From: Cyclobacteriaceae bacterium
Lineage (GTDB): Bacteria > Bacteroidota > Bacteroidia > Cytophagales > Cyclobacteriaceae
Direction of reading: 5' to 3'
NCBI GenBank assembly: GCA_020832375.1
Contig: JAFIEW010000001.1
Span: 55,267-119,266, forward strand
DNA: 64,000 nt
The notes under the pieces were generated by a model. It searched no databases. It was given only the letters and a program-made list of their open reading frames with translations, and had not been told where the DNA came from. A program made the translations under genes and the position numbers. This document shows positions 1 through 8,210 of this stretch, one piece after another; positions within the stretch are counted from its first letter, which is position 1; each line of letters begins with the position of its first letter.

Positions 1-222
1 ATCTTCAACCTTCTCCTTGTACTGGCTTCTAGTAGCATCATTCGACCCATAGCCTACGAAGAAAACTTCTTACCCGATTTATTGGTCTTGTTAGGAGGTT
101 CTATTTTCCTTTTACTAGCCATGTGGACAGGCAAGCACAAAACCCTAGACCGATGGGAAGCAGGCCTCCTTTTCCTTTTTTACATCGCATTTATGGTCTA
201 TAGCGCTTCTTCGAGCATGTAA
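1..222 (+). CDS. 3' end of a CaCA-family (YrbG-like) sodium/calcium exchanger; partial, 5' end lies outside the window
   Basis: Frame 1 is open from nt 1 to TAA at 220-222. The translation IFNLLLVLASSSIIRPIAYEENFLPDLLVLLGGSIFLLLAMWTGKHKTLDRWEAGLLFLFYIAFMVY resembles the last TM helices of Na+/Ca2+ exchanger-like proteins (NIFNILLVLG...R.EG.L..Y). Recognised from memory only. Confidence 0.55.
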   Translation: MFNLLLVLASSSIIRPIAYEENFLPDLLVLLGGSIFLLLAMWTGKHKTLDRWEAGLLFLFYIAFMVYSASSSM

Positions 223-428
223 AGCCATCATCATGCTCAGGCTTTAGAATTTCACTGAGCAGTATGTTTCTACCGCTAAAAGGGAAAACAGCAAAAATTA
301 GATTGCTTAGCGATCATTGTCCCTTAATAACAATTCAAAAAAATAAAGAAACGATTATTTCACCTATCTAATCGGAATATCCCTTCAAAACCACTAAATT
401 GACCTTTCAAAAGAAGGAAATACCCAAA

Positions 429-3400
429 ATGAAGATGAAGCGAATAAAGCTGAAGGCTGCACTAAACAGTGCATTTTTAAAGGTGAAGCCCAATCGAGTG
501 GCAATTGAGCAATTCAAAACTAACCTCATCCAGCTCTTAGATCGAAGCAATGAGCATGAGTCGGAAGAGTTTCATAAAAACTTAGTAAGCGACTTTCTTA
601 AAAAAACCTATTACGACCCCCAGCACTTTATCAACACAAAGGGACGCAATGATCTAGTCATTCACAATGGTAAGGAAGCGAAAAGCAGCGTAGGCGTAAT
701 TATTGAAGCTAAAAAGCCCACCAATAAGAGTGAAATGGTGAGCACGAACAAGCTGAACACCAAGGCTTTTCAAGAATTGATGCTATACTACCTACGAGAG
801 CGAATCTCACTTAAAAACCTTGAGGTAAAGCATTTGGTGATTACCAATATCTACGAATGGTATATTTTTGATGTGACTACCTTTGATCGGCTATTTGCTC
901 AAAACAAAACTTTGGTCAAGCAATTCGAAGATTTTGAAGCGGGACGACTAGCCGATACTAAAACCGACTTTTTTTATAAACAAATTGCCGAACCTTTCCT
1001 ATCAGCAATCACGCAAGAGGTGGATTTCGTCTATTTCAACTTGCTAGATTATGAAAAAGTCTTACGCAATGAAAACAAATCCGATGACAATCAACTGATC
1101 GCACTCTTCAAATTGCTCTCACCAGAGCATCTGCTCAAGCTTCCTTTTGCCAATGACAGTAATAGCCTCGACAAGCGATTTTATAATGAGTTGCTTCATA
1201 TTATCGGACTAGCGGAGACGAAGGAGGGTAGCAAAAAGCTCATTGGCCGAAAGAAAGCCGGAGAGCGCAATAGCGGAAGCATACTGGAAGATGCGATCAT
1301 ACAGCTCGACAGCATGGACAAGCTCAGCCGTCTTGACCGACCTGAGCAATATGGCAACTCGAGGGAAGAACGGCTTTTTCAGGTAGCACTAGAGCTGAGC
1401 ATTACCTGGATCAACCGTATCTTATTTTTGAAGCTCCTAGAGGCGCAACTCATCACCTACCACGGCGGGAGCAAGGAATATGCCTTTTTGAATCTCGACA
1501 CCCTCAAAAACTATGACGACCTCAACAGTCTGTTTTTTCAGGTGTTGGCACGAAAATACGAAGACCGCAATGAGGATGTGAAGCAACTATTCGAAAAAGT
1601 ACCTTATTTAAACTCTTCTCTTTTTGAACCTACTGACCTGGAGCATACCACGCTCTCCATTAGTAACCTGAAAGACGATAAGGAAATACCACTTCTAGCG
1701 AGTACGGTACTGAAAGATGAGCAAGGTAAAAAACGGACAGGATCACTACCCACCTTGGCTTATCTTTTTGCTTTTTTGAATGCCTACGACTTTAGTAGCG
1801 AGGGATCGGAAGCCATACAAGAGGAAAACAAAACCCTGATCAATGCCTCAGTTTTAGGCTTGATTTTCGAAAAGATCAATGGCTATAAAGACGGCTCTTT
1901 TTTCACGCCCGGCTTCATTACCATGTATATGTGTCGGGAGACCATTCGCAAAGCCGTGGTGCAGAAGTTCAACGAAAGCAAAGGCTGGGAATGTAAGGAA
2001 TTTGATGAGCTTTACGACAAGATTGAAGACCGCAATGAGGCCAATGCTATCGTCAATAGCCTCAAAATCTGTGACCCTGCCGTAGGCTCGGGACACTTTT
2101 TGGTGTCGGCACTCAATGAGATGATCGCTATCAAGCACGAATTGAGAATTTTGCAAGATCGCCAAGGCAAGCGTCTAAAAGAGTATGCCGTAGAAGTGGT
2201 CAATGATGAATTGATCGTGACAGATGAGGAAGGTGAGCTTTTTGAATACCACCCCAACAGCAAAGAGAGCCAACGGGTACAGGAGGCTTTTTTTCATGAG
2301 AAGCAAAGCATTATTGAAAACTGCCTCTTTGGTGTGGACATCAATCCCAATTCGGTGAAGATCTGCCGATTGCGATTGTGGATTGAGCTCTTGAAAAATG
2401 CCTACTATAAAAATGCTACCGAGCTAGAAACCCTCCCCAATATCGACATCAACATCAAGTGTGGCAATTCATTGGTTAGCAGGTTTGGCATTGATGCAGA
2501 CTTGAAGAAAGCACTAAAAAGCAACAAACATCATTGGACTATTGACAGCTACCGACAGGCGGTATCCACCTATCGTAATGCTCAAAGCAAGGAGGAGAAA
2601 CGCGAAATGCAGCGGTGGATCGAAAACATCAAATCAGACTTTCGCTCAGAAATCGCAAAAAACGACCCTAAGATCAAGCGAAAAGCACTATTGGGTGGTG
2701 AGTTGTATAACCTGACCATGCAGCAGGGTCTATTTGAAGAAAGTGCAAAGCAAAAAAAGCAAAGAGAGGCTAAAATCGCGAAGATTGAAGCATCATTGGA
2801 AAAGCTCGATCATGAGATCGAAGACATTAAGTCTAACAAAATTTTTGAAAATGCCTTTGAATGGAGATTTGAATTCCCCGAAGTACTCAATGACGAGGGT
2901 GATTTTGTGGGATTTGATGTAGTGATTGGTAACCCGCCTTATATCAGGCAGGAGGAGTTTTCTGATTTGAAACCATATTTAAAATCACGATTTAAAGTCT
3001 ATAATTCCATTTCTGACTTGCTCACTTATTTTGTGGAATTAAGTTTCGATATTTTATCTTCCTATGGAACATTTCAATATATAATATCTAATAAATTTAC
3101 ACGCACAAATTATGGGAAAGTGTTGCGAAAGTTTCTATTAGAAAACACGAATCTTACTCATTTTTTAGACTTTAGTGGTATTCCTGTTTTTGATGAGGCA
3201 ACTGTTGATGCCGCAATTATAGGATTTCAAAAGGCAAAAACAGTAAAATCCAATCTTTTATACGCTAACATTATTAAAGAAAATTTATCTATTCAGAATT
3301 TTAACGAATTTTTAGAAGCCAACGCTATTAACATAAAACAGACAGTTTTATCTGAAAATATATGGCAAATAAATAATCAGCAAAGTGAAGAAATAAAATT

Positions 3401-4256
3401 AAAAGTAGAATCCCAAGGAAAGAAACTTAAAAATTGTCATATATCTATTAATTATGGAATAAAAACAGGTCTTAACGAGGCTTTTGTAGTGAAAGGGGAA
3501 TTAAAGAGTAGAGTTTTTAGTGAGGAAAAAAACAGCATCCCTTTTTTAAAGCCTATTTTAAGAGGAAGAGATATACAAAAATGGTTACCGGATTACAATA
3601 ATCTATGGTTAATTAACATCCCAAAAGGTTACACAATAAAAACAAAGTTAAATATTATGGAGGTTAATGATTCTCCTCCGCGGTATGGTAATGTGGAATA
3701 TGATGAAGCCTATGAATGGTTTAAGAATAATCATCCAATTATAGCAAAGCACTTAGAGGGCTTCAAAGATAAAGCTGCAAAAAGAAAAGACAAGGGTGAT
3801 TTTTGGTGGGAGCAAAGAGCTTGTTCTTATTTAAATGATTTTGATACACCTAAAATAATTTATCCAAATATGACAAAATTCTTACCTTTTGTAATCGATC
3901 TAGATTCTCATTATTTCCACAATGATAAGTCATTCCATTTAATAACAAATAGAATTTTTTGGCATGGCTCATTCTTTAATTCAAAGCTTTTTAAATTTTG
4001 TTTTCAAAATAGCTTCCCAGAACTTCTTGGTGGAACAAAAGAATTGAGAAAAATATTTTTCGAACAAATTCCAGTTAAAGAAATATCAGAAGAGCAGGAA
4101 ATACCTTTCAAAAGATTAGTCAAACAAATCTTATCAATTAAAAAACAAAACCCTCAAGCGGACACCACAGACTTAGAAAACCAAATAGACCAGCTAGTAT
4201 ATGCGCTTTATGGCTTGACGGAGGAAGAGATTCGGATTGTGGAGGGGAGTGTTTAA
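429..4256 (+). CDS. Type IIG (Eco57I/PglX-like) single-chain restriction endonuclease + N6-adenine DNA methyltransferase
   Basis: ORF 399..4256 (TTG at 399, first ATG at 429). Motifs: PD-(D/E)xK-like signature D85...E103-A-K105 (NDLVIHNG...VIIEAKKP, nt 651-713); SAM motif I DPAVGSGHFL (from nt 2073); family-typical NIKCGNSL; catalytic motif IV VVIGNPPY (NPPY nt 2931-2942). It also has a long C-terminal putative target-recognition region and a conserved tail LVYALYGLTEEEI. Confidence 0.85.
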   Translation: MKMKRIKLKAALNSAFLKVKPNRVAIEQFKTNLIQLLDRSNEHESEEFHKNLVSDFLKKTYYDPQHFINTKGRNDLVIHNGKEAKSSVGVIIEAKKPTNKSEMVSTNKLNTKAFQELMLYYLRERISLKNLEVKHLVITNIYEWYIFDVTTFDRLFAQNKTLVKQFEDFEAGRLADTKTDFFYKQIAEPFLSAITQEVDFVYFNLLDYEKVLRNENKSDDNQLIALFKLLSPEHLLKLPFANDSNSLDKRFYNELLHIIGLAETKEGSKKLIGRKKAGERNSGSILEDAIIQLDSMDKLSRLDRPEQYGNSREERLFQVALELSITWINRILFLKLLEAQLITYHGGSKEYAFLNLDTLKNYDDLNSLFFQVLARKYEDRNEDVKQLFEKVPYLNSSLFEPTDLEHTTLSISNLKDDKEIPLLASTVLKDEQGKKRTGSLPTLAYLFAFLNAYDFSSEGSEAIQEENKTLINASVLGLIFEKINGYKDGSFFTPGFITMYMCRETIRKAVVQKFNESKGWECKEFDELYDKIEDRNEANAIVNSLKICDPAVGSGHFLVSALNEMIAIKHELRILQDRQGKRLKEYAVEVVNDELIVTDEEGELFEYHPNSKESQRVQEAFFHEKQSIIENCLFGVDINPNSVKICRLRLWIELLKNAYYKNATELETLPNIDINIKCGNSLVSRFGIDADLKKALKSNKHHWTIDSYRQAVSTYRNAQSKEEKREMQRWIENIKSDFRSEIAKNDPKIKRKALLGGELYNLTMQQGLFEESAKQKKQREAKIAKIEASLEKLDHEIEDIKSNKIFENAFEWRFEFPEVLNDEGDFVGFDVVIGNPPYIRQEEFSDLKPYLKSRFKVYNSISDLLTYFVELSFDILSSYGTFQYIISNKFTRTNYGKVLRKFLLENTNLTHFLDFSGIPVFDEATVDAAIIGFQKAKTVKSNLLYANIIKENLSIQNFNEFLEANAINIKQTVLSENIWQINNQQSEEIKLKVESQGKKLKNCHISINYGIKTGLNEAFVVKGELKSRVFSEEKNSIPFLKPILRGRDIQKWLPDYNNLWLINIPKGYTIKTKLNIMEVNDSPPRYGNVEYDEAYEWFKNNHPIIAKHLEGFKDKAAKRKDKGDFWWEQRACSYLNDFDTPKIIYPNMTKFLPFVIDLDSHYFHNDKSFHLITNRIFWHGSFFNSKLFKFCFQNSFPELLGGTKELRKIFFEQIPVKEISEEQEIPFKRLVKQILSIKKQNPQADTTDLENQIDQLVYALYGLTEEEIRIVEGSV

Positions 4257-4404
4257 GGTGGCTTTTAAAATGTATTTAGTTATGAAGATGGCATCATAAA
4301 AAAAATTGATTTGTTGTTTTTTTAGCGTTAAAACACTGTTTAAATCTTATGTAAAATTAAAGGCCAATTATTTTAAGGTATTCAACTTATATTCTTTTGA
4401 CATT

Positions 4405-4412
4405 TAGCTTTG
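4405..4412 (+). promoter_or_regulatory. Candidate Bacteroidota -7 promoter box (TAgcTTTG) for the DUF262-HEPN operon
   Basis: TAGCTTTG matches the TAnnTTTG -7 consensus and lies 38 nt upstream of the ATG at 4450. No clean -33 TTTG at the expected spacing. Confidence 0.3.
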
Positions 4413-4449
4413 ATATATGTAGATTAGGTAATTATAAATTAGATTCTCT

Positions 4450-5613
4450 ATGGAACAGCTAGAAGAGGTTAAGATCTCAGAACTTGAAAAAGAAATTACT
4501 CATGAAAGAGAAAGGCTATCGAGTGATAGAATGGATATATCATTTGGAGAGCTTATTAATCTATACAAGAGTAAAGAGCTTATCATCAGACCTGAATATC
4601 AGAGACTATATAGATGGAATGATAAACAAAAAACAGCTTTAATAGAGTCTATTCTATTAAATATCCCTATACCACCAATATTTGTAGCAGAAGATGAAGA
4701 TGGTATTTGGGAATTGGTTGATGGTTTACAGAGGGTAACAACCTTTATCAGCTTTTTTGGGGAGCTGTCGGAAGACTTAACGATTAGCTACGAAGAAAAT
4801 GAGGATGATAATGAATTAGATGCATCTTCAGATTTAAATGAAAAATATAAAAAGGAAGACGGTCTAGAACTATTGAATAAATGGACTTTAGAAGCGGGGA
4901 GTTTAATCAAAAGCCTTGAAGGACTCAATTTTGATACTTTGCCTAAAAAATACATTATAAATCTCAAAAGAGCTGTATGCAGAGTTGAAATCCTAAGAGG
5001 AGAAAGTAATACTGCCATGAAGTATGAACTTTTCAAAAGATTAAACTCAGGTGGTTCCAAACTTACCCCTCAAGAAATTAGAAACGCTATTTACAGAGGA
5101 ATAAACCCTGTTATAAATGAATTAATACTAGATCTTTCAAGAAATAAAACTTTTGTGAAGCTTACGACATTAAGTAAGCAAAAAAAACAAGAACTCTACG
5201 ATCAAGAGCTAATTTTACGCTTTGTGGCATTATTAAATAATGTAGATAATGTCAATAATAATCTTGAAAACTATCTTGATCATTTCATGGAGACTAAAGT
5301 ATCCTCGGAGGATTTTAATGAAAGTTTCTATAAATCATTGTTTAATGATGTTTATGAATTGCTGGAAGAGGTTGGTGACGATAAAATCTTCAGAAATGAC
5401 GGAAATTTATTTGTCCCAGCTTTATATGAGGGGATAACCATTGGTATCGCCCAAAATATTGAAAAATATCGTTCAAACCCGCATCTTATTTCATCTAAAA
5501 TAGCAGAGTTAAAACTAGATGAAGATTTCAAGCGATTTTCAGGATCAGCATCCAATAGTAGATCAAGAATAAAAAAACGATTGCAGCGAGCCAATGAAAT
5601 TTTTGCTTCATAA
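4450..5613 (+). CDS. DUF262 (ParB/Srx-fold, GmrS-like) domain protein without a DUF1524/His-Me nuclease domain
   Basis: 387-aa ORF. Shows the DUF262 signatures PEYQRLYRW (aa 48-56), VDGLQRVTT (DGLQR aa 91-95, nt 4720-4734) and LFKRLNSGGSKLTPQEIRNA. The C-terminal ~190 aa has no HNH/DUF1524-like histidine motif. Very AT-rich. Confidence 0.85.
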   Translation: MEQLEEVKISELEKEITHERERLSSDRMDISFGELINLYKSKELIIRPEYQRLYRWNDKQKTALIESILLNIPIPPIFVAEDEDGIWELVDGLQRVTTFISFFGELSEDLTISYEENEDDNELDASSDLNEKYKKEDGLELLNKWTLEAGSLIKSLEGLNFDTLPKKYIINLKRAVCRVEILRGESNTAMKYELFKRLNSGGSKLTPQEIRNAIYRGINPVINELILDLSRNKTFVKLTTLSKQKKQELYDQELILRFVALLNNVDNVNNNLENYLDHFMETKVSSEDFNESFYKSLFNDVYELLEEVGDDKIFRNDGNLFVPALYEGITIGIAQNIEKYRSNPHLISSKIAELKLDEDFKRFSGSASNSRSRIKKRLQRANEIFAS

Positions 5614-5630
5614 ATGTTGACTAGTTTGTT

Positions 5631-6299
5631 ATGGCTTTCATAGACGATATTGATTCCGATATAGAAGAAAGAACAACAGCTATTTTTGAGATTGAAAGAG
5701 TCCTTTTTTCAAACAGATTCAAATTTACATCTCTACAATTGGATATCTTTTCAGTTCAATCTGTAGCTATGATCTATTCTATTTGGGAAGGTTTCATACA
5801 AAAGGCATTTGTAAGATATGCTGAAGAACTAAATAAAAGGAAAATAAAGATAACCACAGCAAGTGACAACTTATTAATCTTTTATATGGAAACTAACTTT
5901 GCGCAACTTAAAAATTATCCAAATAAGCTAAATAAAAAAACAGCCTTCTTTAGTGACCTTCAATCATTTTATGTAAACAATGAATTAAATTTTAATTCAA
6001 GTATCAACACACAAAGCAATGTAAACTTTGAGGTGATGAACGGACTACTTCAATCATTTTGTCTAGAAAAATTTCCCGAAAATTGGAAAAATTATCGACG
6101 TCCAGACCCAAACTTGAAGGATTCATTAAAAACTTTTTTAAATTATAGGAATGCAGTAGCTCATGGCGGTGATATTAGCTCTGAGGAAAAAGTTACACAA
6201 GAGGTATTTGATAAATACAAAAAACTAGTTGATAGTTTGATGTATGAAATCATGTTTAAAATGGTAGAAGGTCTAAATAATCAGACTTACCTTAAGTGA
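5631..6299 (+). CDS. HEPN-superfamily protein (MAE_28990/RiboL-PSP-like), predicted RNase
   Basis: 222-aa ORF starting 17 nt after the DUF262 stop. Rx4H motif in LNYRNAVAHGGD (R173...H178, nt 6147-6164) near the C-terminus, as in HEPN ribonucleases. Composition looks helix-prone. Subfamily assignment is from memory. Confidence 0.7.
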   Translation: MAFIDDIDSDIEERTTAIFEIERVLFSNRFKFTSLQLDIFSVQSVAMIYSIWEGFIQKAFVRYAEELNKRKIKITTASDNLLIFYMETNFAQLKNYPNKLNKKTAFFSDLQSFYVNNELNFNSSINTQSNVNFEVMNGLLQSFCLEKFPENWKNYRRPDPNLKDSLKTFLNYRNAVAHGGDISSEEKVTQEVFDKYKKLVDSLMYEIMFKMVEGLNNQTYLK

Positions 6300-6321
6300 A
6301 TACTTGCTTAGATGTTAATAA

Positions 6322-6618
6322 TTTCCAAAAGTTACCACCAAAACCAAAGCCATTTGTAAAAAAATAAAGGACATAGGTAATGATATTCCTTGGAGATTAT
6401 TTTGTTATCGAGTAAATGAAACCATTGTCGTTCTTTTCAATGGTGGTATTAAGCAAACGCAGGCTACACAAGACAGCGAAAGTCAAAGCCTAAAGTTTCA
6501 CGAAGCGCCAACATTTGCCAAAAAGATGGAAGAAGCTTTACAATCCGAAATGATTGAAATATCTGATGATCAGAGGTATTTAAAAAGCTTTGACGGATCA
6601 ACAAACCTAATATTTTAG
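6322..6618 (+). pseudogene. 5'-truncated HigB/Gp49-like (RelE superfamily) toxin remnant
   Basis: Frame 1 is open from 6322 to TAG at 6616-6618, with no ATG/GTG/TTG near its 5' end (first ATG gives only ~26 aa). The translation ...DIPWRLFCYRVNETIVVLFNGGIKQTQATQD... resembles the C-terminal core of phage Gp49/HigB-type toxins (YRI.Y....VVLL.GF.KKTQKTP). The stop lies 4 nt before the HTH gene. Confidence 0.5.
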
Positions 6619-6622
6619 ACCC

Positions 6623-6892
6623 ATGCGAAGTAAAACCGTAGATCGATTACTTAAAAGTACTCCTCATGACGTAAAAATTTTTGTGGATTGGTATGCAGGC
6701 CTAGTGGTTCGCATCAATGAGCTTTTGCGAGAACACGAGATGAACAAAAAGAAACTAGACAAAAAACCATCTGAAATTTTCAAATGGTTTAATGGTGAGC
6801 ATAATTTCACCTTGCAGTCTTTGGCAAAATTATCAGCTGAATTAGGAGAGCCGTTACTAGAAGTCCCGAAAAAAAGTGAAAGATTATATTGA
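6623..6892 (+). CDS. XRE-family helix-turn-helix protein, HigA-like antitoxin
   Basis: 89 aa. KKPSEIFKWFNGEHNFTLQSLAKLSAELGEPL matches the recognition helix and C-terminal part of Bacteroidota HTH antitoxins (PSEISKWLSG.HNFTL.TLAKLE..LG). Its position directly after the toxin remnant fits a toxin-antitoxin operon. Confidence 0.6.
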   Translation: MRSKTVDRLLKSTPHDVKIFVDWYAGLVVRINELLREHEMNKKKLDKKPSEIFKWFNGEHNFTLQSLAKLSAELGEPLLEVPKKSERLY

Positions 6893-7084
6893 TACAGTAG
6901 GTGATTTTAAAATGTCATCCTTTCAAAATAAATCTTTGAGATTCCCACCAAGAAAGCTAAGTAGTGCTAGCTATTTCCTTGAAAGCTTTTAAAGTGGTGT
7001 CGAAATCACAAGCCTTATCAATCGAGAAAATAAATAATAAGAGCATGAGGTATTTTTCATGTTGTTACATAAAAGCCTTGTTTA

Positions 7085-7803
7085 ATGGATTTGACGCAGG
7101 AAAATGAACCCCTTAGAAAATTGTTTTTAGCAGTCTATTTCAATGATGTAAATCAGGTGATGGATTTTAAGCGGCAATACCCTCATTTATATGCTAAAAA
7201 ACATCAGGTTCAAGTAGACCCTGCCTGTCCACCCTTTCATATTAGTGCCATCACTTATTTTCATAAAGTGATTCTATTCAATGGCACATAGGAGGAGAAA
7301 CGAATGCCATTGATTAACCGCAATAAAGGTAGAACAATGCAAATGGAGGATTTCTGGAAAACAGCATTAGGGGTAGACGAAATCAAACCTGACCTACGCT
7401 ACAATCGTATTTTTCTTGTGATGATCCCAATGATCCAGAGATAGCTGATATGGTTATTTGTAATACTTTCAGTTACTTTTTAGAAAAGGGATTTCGTGAA
7501 GTTGACCTGCGCCTTTACAAGCGTGTGGATTGCTTCGATTTTGAAGCGGTTGAGCAACTGCTTCAGCAAGGTGGACAGTCAGCTGTTGATTTTTATGGAG
7601 ACAACGACAGCAATGTAATAGCGCGCAATTATACCGCATTATCATATTATCTTTCTACTCGTTACATTCCTGATTTAGAAATTTTTGAAAGAAAAGGCTA
7701 CGATCGAAAGTTTAATATCCGCTTTATGTTTGAAGGTATTCTTGGCTTAGCTGCCAATGTGGAGATGTATTTTTTACTTAAGAAATATGGTCAAGCATGG
7801 TGA
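7085..7803 (+). pseudogene. Unknown gene fragmented over three reading frames
   Basis: Three same-strand pieces: ORF 7085..7291, a frame open ~7292-7443 (EEKRMPLINRNKGRTMQMEDFWK...), and ORF 7450..7803. The third frame is already open from 7393 (..YFSCDDPNDPEIADMVICNTF..). The consecutive and overlapping layout suggests two frameshifts. No family recognised. Confidence 0.35.
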
Positions 7804-8210
7804 GTGATACATGGCTATTATTGGCCACAATTCATCCATTGACTTCATCAACTAAGCCCATGCCTTATTTTCAATCACCAACCTTAAAAAACTGTCCCCT
7901 TTTAAAACAAAGCCCTCACAAACAAAAGATTAAAATTCATTAAATAACTCCCAAGAACCATGCTGATCTTACTAATATCACATGACTTCAAGAAAACCGA
8001 CTAAAAATAAATAAAACAAACGAAACGGATTTTCATCTTAAAAACAAAAGCTTTAGCAAGCATCTTTCACCTAACATCTTGAGGTAGCCTGACAAATATC
8101 ACCTTTTATTCTCGCCAAAAATGTTGTACATTACAAAAAGGCAAGGTTTTATCACAGATAAATGACAGAGCCTTAAAATCCTTTGACCATCCTTAATATC
8201 AAAAACGATC

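Noticed and set aside
234-261. Inverted repeat TGCTCAG-N14-CTGAGCA after the antiporter gene as a terminator.
   Set aside because: The loop is long (14 nt) and there is no T-run after the stem. It may still pause transcription, but it does not meet intrinsic-terminator criteria.
1854-2263. ORFs inside the Type IIG gene: 1854..2165 (-), 1879..2085 (+) and 2012..2263 (-); also 2734..2922 (+) further along.
   Set aside because: They lie entirely within a long ORF that carries clear methyltransferase motifs. Their translations are low-complexity with no motifs. They are typical shadow ORFs.
399-4256. Possibility that the large methyltransferase is the PglX subunit of a BREX system.
   Set aside because: None of the obligatory BREX partners (BrxA/B/C, PglZ, BrxL or BrxHI) is encoded within at least 8 kb downstream, and upstream is a conserved antiporter. 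The N-terminal PD-ExK-like motif fits a self-contained Type IIG enzyme better.
7804-8210. ~400-nt ORF-free stretch upstream of pyrD with marked C-over-G and A-rich strand bias (for example 19 C versus 3 G in line 7861-7920).
   Set aside because: I could not find repeats, hairpins, promoter boxes or any recognisable RNA motif. It may be a decayed minus-strand gene or simply the edge of the accessory island. There is not enough evidence for a specific call.
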